Source of the DNA: Octopus sinensis
Taxonomy: Eukaryota
Reading direction: 5' to 3'
Length of the DNA: 64,000 nt
Assembly (NCBI RefSeq): GCF_006345805.1
Contig: NC_043022.1
Span: forward strand, 14,818,001-14,882,000
Shown here: piece by piece, positions 39,106-55,127 of the stretch
How positions within the stretch are numbered: position 1 is the stretch's first letter
Layout of the letters: every line of letters starts with the position of its first letter
Program-made: the position numbers and the translations under genes
The notes under the pieces: model-generated
Told to the model about the DNA's origin: nothing
Databases searched by the model: none
Seen by the model: the letters and a program-made list of their open reading frames with translations, nothing else

Positions 39106-40416
39106 GTAGTGGTTGGGTTATAGTTCCCAGTTATATATTTCATCCTTTTATTATAGTATATCTGATGGTTTGATAACTTCCAAGATCTAACCAAAACTCT
39201 AATCTTTAATTGTAATTAAGCCATTAGTTATACAATTTAAACTTCTGTTCTAACATGAAGTTACTGTAAAGTCTTTATACCAGCCTTTAGATTAGTTACT
39301 TTAGATTATCTCGTTTAACCAACCAATTCTGAAAGTCTGCCAATGGTGATATACGATTTCTCTGGTGTAGAAATACATCTCGGTCGTTTGCTTGGAAACT
39401 TTGCTATTTTGAGTTCAACTCACACTAAAAGTAGCTTTGTCTTTCATTATTCATTAGTCAAGAGTGATAAAATAAAAGTTAAGTGTGGCTGTGCGGTTAA
39501 CAAGCTTGCTTCCCAACCGTGTCGTTTTGGGTTCAGTCTCACTGTGCAGCACCTTGGGCAAGTGTCGATTTCACTATAGCCCCAGGCCAACCAAAGTGTT
39601 GTGAGTGGATTTGGTGGGCAGAAACTGAAAGAAACCCTTTGTACATGTATAATAATAAATGAAATGAGAAACAAGGAGAGCTTCTAACAATGCAGTAAGT
39701 ACTATCACATGACAATTGAAGTTGGTGTGTTTAAGTCCCCCTTAACCTAGCAGTTCAGCAAAAGAGACCGATAGAATAAGTATGAGGCTTACAAAGAATA
39801 AGTGTTGGGCTTGATTTGTTTGACTAAATTAAGTGGTGCTCCAGCATGGCTGCAGTCAAATGACTGGAACAAGTACAAGTAAAAAAAGAATAAAAAGAAT
39901 ATATATATATAGGTGCAGATGTGGTTGCGTGCTTAAGAAGCTTGCTTTCCAACCATCTGGTTTAGGGTTCAGTCCCACTGCATAGCACATTGGTTAAACT
40001 GACCAAGGCCTTGTGAATGGATTTGGCAGATGGAAACTGGAAGAGACCTCGGTGTGTGTGTGTGTGTGTGTGGAAAGACACCATGGCCTAATGGTTAGGG
40101 TGTTGCACTCACAATTGCTAGATCATGAGTTTGATTCCCAGGCCTGGTTTGCATGTTGTATTCTTGAACAAACCATTTCACTCTATGTTGCTCCAGTCCC
40201 CGCTTTCAATAAGGCGGGGCTGGAATGTTGATGTGTTCATTTAGCCAACAGGGTGGCATCATTTGCAAGCTAAAATAATGCAAAGTGCATTGTGACCAGC
40301 GATGTGTAACAACATCTGATAATCCGGTTGGTCACGTGATATATATATGTAGAAGAAAACAGGACTCAAATTATTTAGTTATTATACACACACACATTGT
40401 ATAAGTGTGCATATAT

Positions 40417-40470
<54 letters not shown>

Positions 40471-40478
<8 letters not shown>

Positions 40479-40544
40479 GCAGTCAAAAAGTTTTGGCTAT
40501 TCTTTCTAGAAAGAATAGCCAAAACTTTTTGACTGCTATTTCTA
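40471..40544. repeat. perfect 74-bp spacerless palindrome
   Basis: TAGAAATAGCAGTCAAAAAGTTTTGGCTATTCTTTCT followed directly by its exact reverse complement; centre TCT|AGA at 40507/40508. Confidence 0.97.
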
Positions 40545-41744
40545 AATTCGGTGTGTGGTGAGGCAAATCGTTGCTAAACCCTTAATTATTTAGTATTACT
40601 TAAACCTTCCTTGAATGAGTCTTTTACATGCCGAACTCTACTTGGTGAAATTAATGATTATTTCTAAATTAATTAATTTCACCCCTTATTTTTAATTATA
40701 TATATATATATATATGCGAAGCGCATTGTGACCAGCGATGTGTAGCAACATCTGATAGCTTGGTCGGTCATGTGATATATATGTATATATATATTGTATA
40801 TGTATCAATATAGATAGACAGACAGATAGATTTTGTTTACTCTACACTTCACTTCTTCCCAACTCACTCAACACGGCCACCTTACATACATGACCCCCAC
40901 CCCCCAAGATCAACAACAAACAACACCTCCCACCAGGTATATAATAACTGTCATATCTTCAACCAGGATATTTCACTAGATCACGTTTGAACTTGTTGCA
41001 ATTTTGTAATTTGATATATACATATATACGCATACGTGCACACACACACAACGTTATACACACATACATATATGTATGCCCTGGCTTAGCATTGACGGAT
41101 GAGAATTTAGGATATTGTCAAGATAAACTCAAATACCTACAATTCAGCATTTTGTTAGATTATTTATCTCTGATCCTTTCTTGTTTACAATGGCTATATA
41201 TAAAGAAAAGCCTAATTATGAGTTTGACACCAACTAATCCGGTGCCTTACAAGCTAATGAGTATAAAATCCCGGAAAGATAAACTGTACAATTTGACTGT
41301 TACCTTCAACCCTAGATGGCCCTGCTTGTAATTTCATATATATATACTATTTTACTATTTTACTTGTTTCAGTCATTTGACTGTGGCCATGCTGGAGCAC
41401 TGCCTTTAGTTGAGCATATCGACCCCGGGACTTATTCTTTGTAAGCCCAGTACTTATTCTATCGGTCTCTTTTGCCGAACTGCTAAGTGACAGGGATGTA
41501 AACACACCGGCATCAGTTGTCAAGCAATGCTAGGGGGACAAAAACAGACACACAAACACATACACACACACACACATATATATATACATATATACGACAG
41601 GCTTCTTTCAGTTTCTGTCAACCAAATCCACTCACAAGGCATTGGTTGGCCCGGGGCTATAGCAGAAGGCACTTGCCCAAGATGCCACGCAGTGGGACTG
41701 AACCCGGAACCATGTGGTTGGTTAGCAAGCTACTTACCACACAG

Positions 41745-42385
41745 CCACATCAAAAAGTTCCAGGACTAGTTCTCTAGGGTGCCAACAGAGGGCAGCACAT
41801 GGTTGTGTGTGCAGTGAGAGCTAGCAGTGACCTTGATGAGGCAGTGTGCCGAGTGGAATTGCTGTGTTTACTTTGCAAGTTGTGAAATTTGTATTTTGTG
41901 ATCACATGCAAGCTGTAGTCTGCGATTTTTGTCATGGATAGGAAATTGGAACAAAGAACCAACATAAAACTTTGCATTAAACTTGGGAAGTCTGCTGCAG
42001 AGACATTGAGCATGCTTTGGAAAGCTTATGGCAACAAGGCAATTGGTCGAACACAATGTTTCAAGTGGCACAAGCACCTCAAAAGGCACAAAAGATCTAC
42101 AACTCAATGAAGAGCATGCTCATCGTTTTTTTGCCGTTTGTGGTCTTGCGCATCAAGAATTCATCCTCCAGGGCCAGACCATCAATCGAGGGCTCTACTG
42201 TGACATTTTGAAGTGTTTGAGGGAGGACATTTAGTGAAAGCAACTGGATCTGTGGGGCATGATGAATGCACTTTGTCACTGAGCCCTTCTCACTCGTGAG
42301 TTTCTTCTCAAAAACAACATGGTATCTCTTCTGCACCGACCCTATTTGCCAGAGTTTGCACCTGCATTCTTCCCTCTCTTCCTAG
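41745..42385 (+). mobile_element. mariner transposon, internally deleted and decayed
   Basis: From ATG 41934: MDRKLEQRTNIKLCIKLGKSAAETLSMLWKAYGNKAIGRTQCFKWHK; later KSMLIVFF..HQEFILQGQTINRGLYCDILKCLRE and HRPYLPEFAP (YSPDLAP-like); TIR remnant ATCAAAAAGTTCCAGGACT. Confidence 0.88.
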
Positions 42386-45207
42386 GCTGTTTGGGGTGGA
42401 TGTATGAAGAAGGAGGAGGTGCTTAGAGGCTAAGGGGATTTTCCTTTTTCTTCTTTACTGCCTTGCAAATTATTTGGCGACCCCACTGGTGCTGGTGCCA
42501 CAAAATAAACACCCAGTACACACTGTAAAGTGGTTGGCATTAGGGCATCCAGCAATAAGGAACATGCCAAAGCTATCTCTGGAGCCTAATGCAGCCCTGC
42601 AGCTTGCCAGATCCCGTTTATCCATCAAACCCATATCTCCATGGAAAATTACCATTAAATGATGATGATGATGATGATGATGAGATACAAAGGCAATGTA
42701 ATGATGCTGATAATATACACGGACACATACATACACACATAGATGCAGACCAACAAAGAAGCCTCTTGCTGTTTACTCAAAACACTGGACATTGTAGTCA
42801 GAATGCTTTTGATCACAGATTAGTTGGAATAATGAAAATGTGTGTGTGTACGTGCGTGTACGTGTGTGTGTGTGTGTGTGGGATCAGGTAGGTATACATC
42901 TGCATAGCGTCCCACAGAAGCATCAGTGTGAATTGTTGTTATTTTAGCTCACTTTTCATTCATTGAGTTTGTTCATTAAATATACATTAAATGAGAATTT
43001 ATCAATGAAACAAGATAACATAAGAGAAAGAGAGAAAGAAAGAAAGAAAGAGAGAGAAAGAACTGAATCTAAAACCCCCTCACAATTATCCATCTGTTCC
43101 CCTTTATCTCATTTTCTCTCTCTCGGAAATCTAAACACAATTAACACACACACACACATACTATACATACAACAATCTTAAATTCCATCACACAGACACT
43201 CACTCATACATACAAACATAAATGTACACAGACACATACACACACACACATATATATATGCATATATATATATACACACACACATATACGGATACACACA
43301 CACACACCATAACTGTACTGGCACTCCGTCAGTTACAGTTTATCGGATGAATAGAACCGCCTGCTTGTGAAATTAATGTGCAAGTGGCCGAGTACTCCAC
43401 AGACACATGTACCATTAATGTAGCTCTCAGGGAGATTCAGCTTGACACAGAATGTGTTGAGGCTGGCCCTTTTGAATTACAGGTACAACATGGTCTTGTC
43501 AGCTGAATGGACTGGAGCAACGTGAAATAAAGTGTCTTGCTCAAGGACATAGTACACCGCTGGGAATTGAACTCACAAACCTTATGATCATAGGCCAAAT
43601 ACCTTAACCAGTAAGCCTTCACCACACATACATATACATCATCGTCATTGTTTAATGTCCGTTTTCCATGCTGGCATGGGTTGGACAGTTTAACTGAAGA
43701 CTGGCAAGTCAGTAGGCTGCAACAAGGTTCTAGTAGACATATACATAAATGCACACATACACACACACACAGAAGCATATTTATGAATTATACACACGTC
43801 CTCCCACCTCCCACATACAAAATGGCAATTTAGCGAAAGATCACCCGAGGAGATTCCTATTGTCAGATTTGTTCCTCACAGAAAAGAAAGACATTCCAGA
43901 ATGAAATGTCATTTCAGAATTTAGTAGCAGGGAACCTTTTCTAAGATCCAAGTCTCAATCCTGCCAGAGCTGACTTCATCTTTAAGCGCAAAAGATAAAC
44001 AGGATCAGTATTGAATGAAACTGTTGAGCATCGTTTAGTAACAGCGTTTTCACATCCTTTTAGCATCCTCTATAGCGTTCATCCATCTTTCATCCAGCTG
44101 AGAAACTAAGAATAAATAGTAGAGGTGAGGCAGTGTGGATCATTAAAAATGGTAAAGCCCTCCTCAAGGAATATTTGAAGCCTTGGGCCTATGCTATCAT
44201 CCTTAGTTCATGTCCACTTTCCCAAGCTTAAATGGAGTCAGATGGAATTTGTTGAAGCAAATTTTCTACAGTTGGATGCCCTTCCTGCCACCAACCCTCA
44301 CCTTTTACCAAGCAACATAATATTTCCCCATGGCCAGACATGTTTACAGAGAAGACCGGAAACAAACAGCCCTGTTTATCTGATGATGATGATGCTATTT
44401 TAAACCATCACATGATGTCGGGACAAGGATACACACACACACACACACACACACGACAGTCTTCTTTCAGTTTCCGTACACCAGACCCATTCACAAGTCT
44501 TGGGTCAGGCTGTGGCTATTGTAGAAGACACCTGCTTGAAGTGCATTGAACTGAGACTGAACCCAAGGCCACATGGTTGGAAAGCTGCTTCTTAACCTCA
44601 CTCCCATGCCACATATTATTAACCAGTACTCTAGAGTTATAAAGTTATAGCAGTCGCAAAGTCTAATGTTCCTTCATTGATATCATAGTTCAAAAACAGT
44701 CTAAGTGTCAGACCATTGATTCAAATATCATGAGTTCAAATATTACCAAAGACATATCATGGGGCAGAATTTGTTTTCTCGGCCTAATTCAAGTATAAAT
44801 ATTTCTCCTTTCTACAGATGGGTGCTCTTCCTGTTGCTAACCCACACCTGTTTCCAAGTAAAGTAATATTTCCTCAAAGGTTGAACGTTTCCATGAAAAA
44901 GGGGTCAAGTCGATTATATTGCCCTTAGTGCTTATTTTACCAATCTCGAAAGGATGAAAGACAAAGTTGGCAATGGCAGAATTTGAACTCAGAATGTAAA
45001 GATGGGCGAAATGCCGCTGCTGCCTTGTACCAGTTTAATAATGAGAAAATTATTGAACTCAGTTCAATATTTTCAATTTGCTTCTGAATGACATGGTCCT
45101 AGGTTCAGTCCCACTGCATGGCACCTTGGGCAAGGGTCTTCTACTATAGCCTCAGGCCAACCAAAGCCTTGTGAGTGGATTTGGTAGTCGGAAACTGAAA
45201 AAAGCCC

Positions 45208-45240
<33 letters not shown>

Positions 45241-45628
45241 ATGCCCCACTGCTGCTTGGCAACCAGTGTTGGTGTGTTTGCATCCCCATAATTTAGCAGT
45301 CTGGCAAAAAGAAACCGAAAGGATGAAAGGCAAAGTGTAACTCGGTGGGGTTTGAACTCAGAACGTAGCAACAGATGAAACACTGCTAAGCATTTCGTCC
45401 AGCGTGCTAACGATTCTGCCAGTTCTCCACCTTAAAACACCAACTTAATAATGACAAATTTATTATAAATAAATTCTGCACTACTTCCAAAAATTAACTG
45501 GAAAAAACCCAGTACATTTCAAACAGAAATAAAGGTAACAAAAGGGTTAATGTAATTGAGAAAACAAACAAATAAAAAAAAAACCAAGTAAATAATTAAT
45601 TAAACAAAAACGATACAAATCAATTTGA

Positions 45629-45667
45629 ACTTACCTGGAAATGAAAAAGTTTGTTTCGGATTGTCAG
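45629..45667 (-). promoter_or_regulatory. fused 3'/5' splice signal (first-exon donor or recursive splice site)
   Basis: CTGAC branch-like motif (A at 45664), pyrimidine tract, then CAG|GTAAGT at 45635/45634. Confidence 0.45.
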
Positions 45668-46301
45668 TGTACGATGATAAGTCGTTTGTGACTAAAAGTG
45701 GTTTGACAGAGAGAAACTAGTGTTTACGTCCGCTGGCTAATGTGCTAATGTTTCACTTCAGTTATCAAACAAGCTTGTCACTACATGTTCTTCAAAAAAA
45801 CTATCAAGCATGTATAATTAAATTTCAAAAGCCCATCTTACTTTACATACCATGTAGTTATAGACTCAATATATTTAAATTCATAGGCATATTACAGACA
45901 GCTTTTCAAATTAATTATCGTTATAAATTTAAAAGGATAGTTTTTCTGATCTGATCTGAATATTCTTCACAACTAGTGGCAGCTCCCAAATACCTTGTTG
46001 TTGTTGTTTTTTTTCTTTTTTCTATGGTTTTTTTTCTTTTAATTATTTTTTTAAAAACCTGAGATAATTTTTGAATTCTAAATGTTTATATGCAAATTCT
46101 GTTAATTACCTTCAGGTAAGTTTAAATATCGGAGGTGAGATGAGGTTAAAGATTTCTTTTCATCTTTTGAGACACTAAGATTTCTAAGGGTTTCTTTACA
46201 CAAATTCAACTTTTAATTGTGTGTGTGTGTGTATACATGCATACATGTACACTCACACACAAACACACTCATATGCACATACATACATGAATATCAATTA
46301 G

Positions 46302-46437
46302 AGCTTACTGCTGTTTCTGCTATAAGGTGCAATGCATTCATAGTTGAGTTGTGTGAAGCTCTGATGAAGCTCTAAGGTGGTACACAAGCATTCAACTATG
46401 AGTGCACGGCGTCTTATAGCAGAAACGTCAGTAAGCT
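46302..46437 (+). ncRNA. hammerhead-like motif embedded in a fold-back (47-bp arms, ~83% identical)
   Basis: GCT CTGATGA A GCTCTAAG ... CTTATAGC A GAAA CGT C AGT; GUC triplet, ACGT stem III, 3-bp stem I; related copies at ~26686-26765 (+) and ~57265-57355 (-). Confidence 0.55.
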
Positions 46438-46967
46438 AATGCAGTTCACAATATAATATCTTATTTCCTTGTAATCTTAATTTCTTCTTACTGCTCTGTA
46501 CACCACTGATACTTTTCTCTGAAGCATATGTATTTTGAGTCCTAATACCAGTTTGTTAGTATTGCTTTGTCTAAGCAAAATAATACACACACACACACAC
46601 ATGCATGTATTTATGCATGTATGTGTGTGTCTTTTTGTTTGTCGTCCACCACCACTTCAGAACCTAAAGAGCATTTTTTCCAATGTCTTTAAGATTCTGC
46701 CAGTTTTCCACCTTTTTTGTCAATATTTTTGGGGGAGGAGTGGCTGGGGGTGGAGGTTTCAAAGTGAGTGAATTTTGCTGAATTCTTAGATAATGAAACC
46801 ATTTCCTTTTGATCATTATATGAAACAGCTGTAAAGACCTTCTGGGGACTAATTTTACATTTGAACAGGAGTATCTACCATCTACCTACCTACCTACTTA
46901 TCCATCCATCCATCCATCTATCTATCTATCTACATACACACATGTACATAAACACATTATATATATG

Positions 46968-47015
<48 letters not shown>

Positions 47016-47317
47016 TGTGTACATAAACGCATTACATATATGTATACAAACATACTTATGTCAGTGTGTATATATATATACAGGGGTGGACCCAGGGGGA
47101 TCCTGAGGGGTATGGGCCCCTTCAAGAAAAGAAGTTCATCCTTCTAAATAATGTTATTATGCCCTTTTCTCCTGGAACTGTATTCCCTTCTGACTTTGTG
47201 CCCTCCCTTTGAAAAACTCCCAGGACCATGCCCGATATCTGTGGGGCAGCTGATTATGGAGGTATGTTGGATTGTTTTGGTATGGCTTTTATTGTATGTG
47301 CAGAATAGTTTTATAAG

Positions 47318-47326
47318 ACATCCATT

Positions 47327-47367
<41 letters not shown>

Positions 47368-47482
47368 TATGTGTGTGTGTGTAGTTCCTTTGAACTGTCC
47401 AACTTATGCCGGTAAGGAAAATAGATATTAAATAATGATAATGATGATATATGTATGTATATATATATATATATATAATATA

Positions 47483-47525
<43 letters not shown>

Positions 47526-47526
47526 C

Positions 47527-47605
<79 letters not shown>

Positions 47606-47612
47606 CATATAT
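47318..47612. repeat. (TA)n microsatellites
   Basis: Read directly. Confidence 0.95.
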
Positions 47613-48787
47613 ATGAGGGATGAAGGAAAAAGAAAGGCAAGCAAGGAAAGAAGGAGAGAAAGGAAAGAAGTTGAGAAGGGCCAGAGTGGATGGGAAGAAG
47701 GACAAAAAAACTAATAAATTATATCGAGCGATCAGTTGAACAATGTAAAATAATACTTTAAAGCCAGGCTGGTAAGTCTGTTATAAAGGCCTACTTAGAT
47801 AGCACTAGTCAGTTGATGATATAAGCCTAATCGTTGCCCCAGTGTTGGAAATTGAATTAAAGTGAAAGAATAGCTTCAATTTGGAATTTCTGTGGTTAAC
47901 TGTGCTTCTGGGTTGGACTGTGTCTTGGGCAATCTTGGTAGAATAATTTGCATTCCATTCAGAATATGGTTCCATAACAACAACACTGCTAGATGGAGAC
48001 CATATATATATATACATGTATATATATAATATATATATAATATATATATAATTGAGTAAGGGTAGAAATTGATATTAATCAATTAAAACCAGTGGCCTAG
48101 CATATTAAAAAAATCCGAAGATTAAAATATTTTGTGTATATATATAATATATATATATATATACACTTGTAAATGGATGTGTGGCGTTCGATCATATAAT
48201 AACATAAATAATATATAAACATATACATATATACATATATGTACATACCTACAGCTATATGTATATATACATGCATATATGGGTACAGGACACAAAAAAC
48301 GTTGAACACAATGAGAAACGAAAACATAAAAACAAAAACATGGAAACGGACTTTTTTCAAACAACGAAAAAAACAGAGTACAAGACATACAACACAAGGA
48401 ATATTCCCCTTCTTCAGTTGACCTTGTTTCGTCTACTCCGTGTTTCGAAGGTAAGGACAAGACGCGACTTCGTTGAAACAGTCCTTCCCTCAAAGCAAAT
48501 TAAGTAAAATTTGGGGTTTTTTTGCAGAGGGGTAAAAATGGTGACAAGAACAGGACAGTAAAAACAAACGATGAGGGTTGTTAAGCCAAGACGGTGAAAA
48601 AATTATTAAAATTATTATGAATTATTATTAAAAGAAACGTAAGTGCTACAGTTAATTTGTTTGACTGAAACTCTTCAAGGTAGTGCCTGAGCATGGCTGC
48701 AGTCCAATGACTGAAACAAGTATTGAGTACAATTTTAACATGTGCTCATTTCAACATCTAGAATTTGAAACTAAGACTTTTGATTAA

Positions 48788-49007
48788 CCCTTTCGTTACC
48801 AACCCAGCTGAAACCATCTCTGGCTCTGTAGTACAAATGTCTTGTTTTCATAAGTTTTGAATTAAAATCTTCCACCAAATCTTAGTCACAGTTTATGTCC
48901 TAAAACTAACTGAATGATAACGATGTTATTTTACTAAATTCTTTGTTATATTTAAAGTAATTGAAAGAAACACAGAGCATCTCAAAATAAATACAGTAAC
49001 AAAAGGG
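48788..49007. mobile_element. piggyBac-type MITE (220 bp), opposite orientation to 20960-21179
   Basis: TTAA|CCCTTTCGTTACC ... GTAACAAAAGGG|TTAA; internal sequence is the reverse complement of the 21-kb copy. Confidence 0.9.
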
Positions 49008-49445
49008 TTAAAGGCTCTTGCATATTTGAAAATGTCTTGAAAGAGCGTTTAGCATAATTTATCAACAGTAGAATTTTGATGTTTATTTTTATCTGTTTCA
49101 AATTATGCGCTTTAATTATAAATGATGGCATTCTAAAAACAGCTTTCTGATGGTCACCATTAAGGAGGGAAAAAGGGAAAAAGAGGAAGACTAGAAACTG
49201 CTTAACTGCAAGGTGCAGAACATTCATAGCTGATATGAGGGAGGCCAATATCACATGACTGGATGCCGAGAAAACCACAGCCAAAAGAAACCAGTGGCGC
49301 CAGCTTGCTGCCCCTGATGTACTCAAGAGCACAGGAGGGAGTGAAATTGAAACCTAACAGATATATAGATATATATATACATATATATAAATGTATATAC
49401 ATACACCACACATAATTTATATATACACACATACATATATACATG

Positions 49446-52737
<3,292 letters not shown>

Positions 52738-52741
<4 letters not shown>

Positions 52742-52908
52742 GTAAAATAATATGTGACAATTATTCGGTAGCCAAGATAAAACTCTGAGTTTCGGATGCC
52801 GAGGTGGAAATATAACCAAAGAGATGGTGTTGTGGATTTCCACCTCGGCATCCGAAACTCAGAGGTTATCTTGGCTATTGAATAACTTTCACATATTATT
52901 TTACAGAT
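52738..52908. repeat. fold-back with ~73-bp arms and 24-nt loop, inside a ~235-bp insert flanked by (TA)n
   Basis: Inner 29 bp perfect: CTCTGAGTTTCGGATGCCGAGGTGGAAAT / ATTTCCACCTCGGCATCCGAAACTCAGAG. Confidence 0.92.
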
Positions 52909-53192
52909 AAATTTCGTCTATTTACATAATATTGAGGTCTCTTTCTTTCTTTTGTTATTTTACCGTTTTTACCAATATATATATATATATATAAAGGACA
53001 TAAAAGTGCCTAGGCAGTGCCTCGTTAAAGCACCCAACTCACTTTGTAAAGTGGTTGGCATTAGGAAGGGCATCCGGCTGTAGAGACCATCCCAAATGAG
53101 ACAGGAGTCTGCTGCAGCTCCCCAGGCATAAATAAGAGACAAAAAGAAAAAAAAATGCATCTCATATTTCAATCATTTCATAACCAATAGAG

Positions 53193-53465
53193 TTAACTAA
53201 ATATCTCCCTTAACTAAACATCTCTCTTAACTAAATATCTCCCTTAACTAAACATCTCTCTTAACTAAACATCTCCCTTAACTAAACATCTCTCTTAACT
53301 AAATATCTCCCTTAACTAAACATCTCTCTTAACTAAACATCTCCCTTAACTAAACATCTCTCTTAACTAAATATCTCCCTTAACTAAACATCTCCCTTAA
53401 CTAAACATCTCCCTTAACTAAACATCTCTCTTAACTAAATATCTCCCTTAACTAAACATTTCTCT
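53193..53465. repeat. 17-bp minisatellite (~16 copies)
   Basis: Units TAACTAAATATCTCCCT / TAACTAAACATCTCTCT / TAACTAAACATCTCCCT. Confidence 0.95.
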
Positions 53466-55025
53466 GGTTTAAGGTACGAATATCTATTCATTTCATCCCA
53501 CCCACCCCTGAGAGTTCGTTAACGATCTGACTGCTACAGAAAGCTTAAACATTCTCTCATCTTCACTCCCATGATGAGCTTGAAGTGAAATAAAACATCC
53601 AGAAGTAACGCCAGATGATCTTAAATTACTTTTTTAATATCTCAGACCACCTTTGGTTCTCAGACACAAATTTTATGATTGGAAGTGATTCAAATAAAAA
53701 TCTTCCATCAAAATTTCAATGTTAATTTATGTTCGAAATACCAGTTCAATAATTACAGTTATTTTATAAAAGTCTTCTGTATTTCCAAAATTAATTGAAA
53801 CAACAGTAGGGTATATTTTTTCTACTCTAGGCACAAGGCCTGAAATTGACCCCCAGTACGCAACTGCTACTTAATTTATCGATCCTGAAAGGATGAAAGG
53901 CAAAATCGACTTTAGCGGAATTTGAACTCAGAACGTAAAGGCAGACGAAATACCACTAAGCATTTCACCCAGCGTGCTAATGTTTCTGCCATCTCGCCAC
54001 CTTAATATTCCTTTCTACTCTAGGCACAAGGCCCAAAAGTTTTGGAGAGAGTGTGTGGGGGGGGGGGAAGGAAGGCAGTCGATTAGATTGGTCTCAGTAC
54101 GCAACTGGTACTTAATTTATCAACCCTGAAAGGATGAATGGCAAAGTCGACTTTGGTGGAATTTGAACTCAGAACGTAAAGACAGACGAAATACCGCTAA
54201 GCATTTCGCCTGCATGCTAATGTTTCTGCCAGCTCGTCGCCCTAACAGCAGGGTATACTAAAAGAAATATGGCAACAGAAGGGTTAAAGTGATCTAAATT
54301 AAAACCATCCATCAAAATTCCATGTTCAATTATGTTCCAAATATCAGTTCAGTAATTTTGGCTGCTATTTCACTAAATTTTTGGTTATATTCTAATTTTT
54401 CTTTCTGTTACTTGTTTCAGTCATTTTGACTGTGGCTATGCTGGAGCACCACCTTTAGTCGAACAATTGACCACAGGACTTATTCTTTGTAAGCCTAGTA
54501 CTTGAGAGAGAGAGAGAGAAAGAGAGAGAGAGGAGGGGAGAGAGAGAGAAAGAGAGGGGGAGGGGAGAGAGAGAAAGGGGGAGAGGGGGAGAAAGAGAAA
54601 GAGGGGGGATAGAAAGAGAGAGGAGGAGAGAAAGAGAGAGAGAGAGAAGGAGAGAGAGGGGGAGAAACACACGCAAGCATGTATCTGACTCATACACTGT
54701 TCGCTTCCCAGACATTTGTACATTACTGCATATACTTTATATGCACTTTCTGACAAGCTGTGGTGCACTTGAGCACTGTATACAATAATTTCATTATTAT
54801 TATTATCATTATTATAAAGAGGGGGGAGAGAGAGAGAGAGGATCGACCAGTTTAAATTGCCCAAGAAACACCATGATGATATGATGACAGCCTTGCAACA
54901 ACATTAGGGATTGAGAATGCAAGAAAAGAATAAATCAATAAGAAATATGGTAAGAAAAGGATGGAATTTATAACTTGCATGCCTACACATACATACGGAG
55001 GCCAGGAAGATGAACTTGTATTTAC

Positions 55026-55127
55026 CAATGCTAATAAATAAAGACAAAAAAACTAAGAATTCCAATAATTGGAAATATTTTCTTGTAACATCTTTTAAAC
55101 AAAACAGACATGGCATTTAGAACCAGT
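55026..55127 (-). CDS. weak candidate signal-peptide exon (MPCLFCLKDVTRKYFQLLEFLVFLSLFISIG)
   Basis: Acceptor ctgtattttag|A, in-frame TAA just before ATG at 55116, donor TTG|gtaaat in phase 1; a second ATG with better context runs into a stop. Confidence 0.25.

Noticed and set aside
48395-48480. Minus-strand GAAACAAGGTC..CTGAAGA as a type II hammerhead
   Set aside because: No stem I between GUC and the core, and stem II is unsupported.
53500-53590. Minus-strand GSEDERMF peptide as a nicotinic-receptor-like exon
   Set aside because: Weak AAG acceptor, poor donor, and similarity limited to a few residues.
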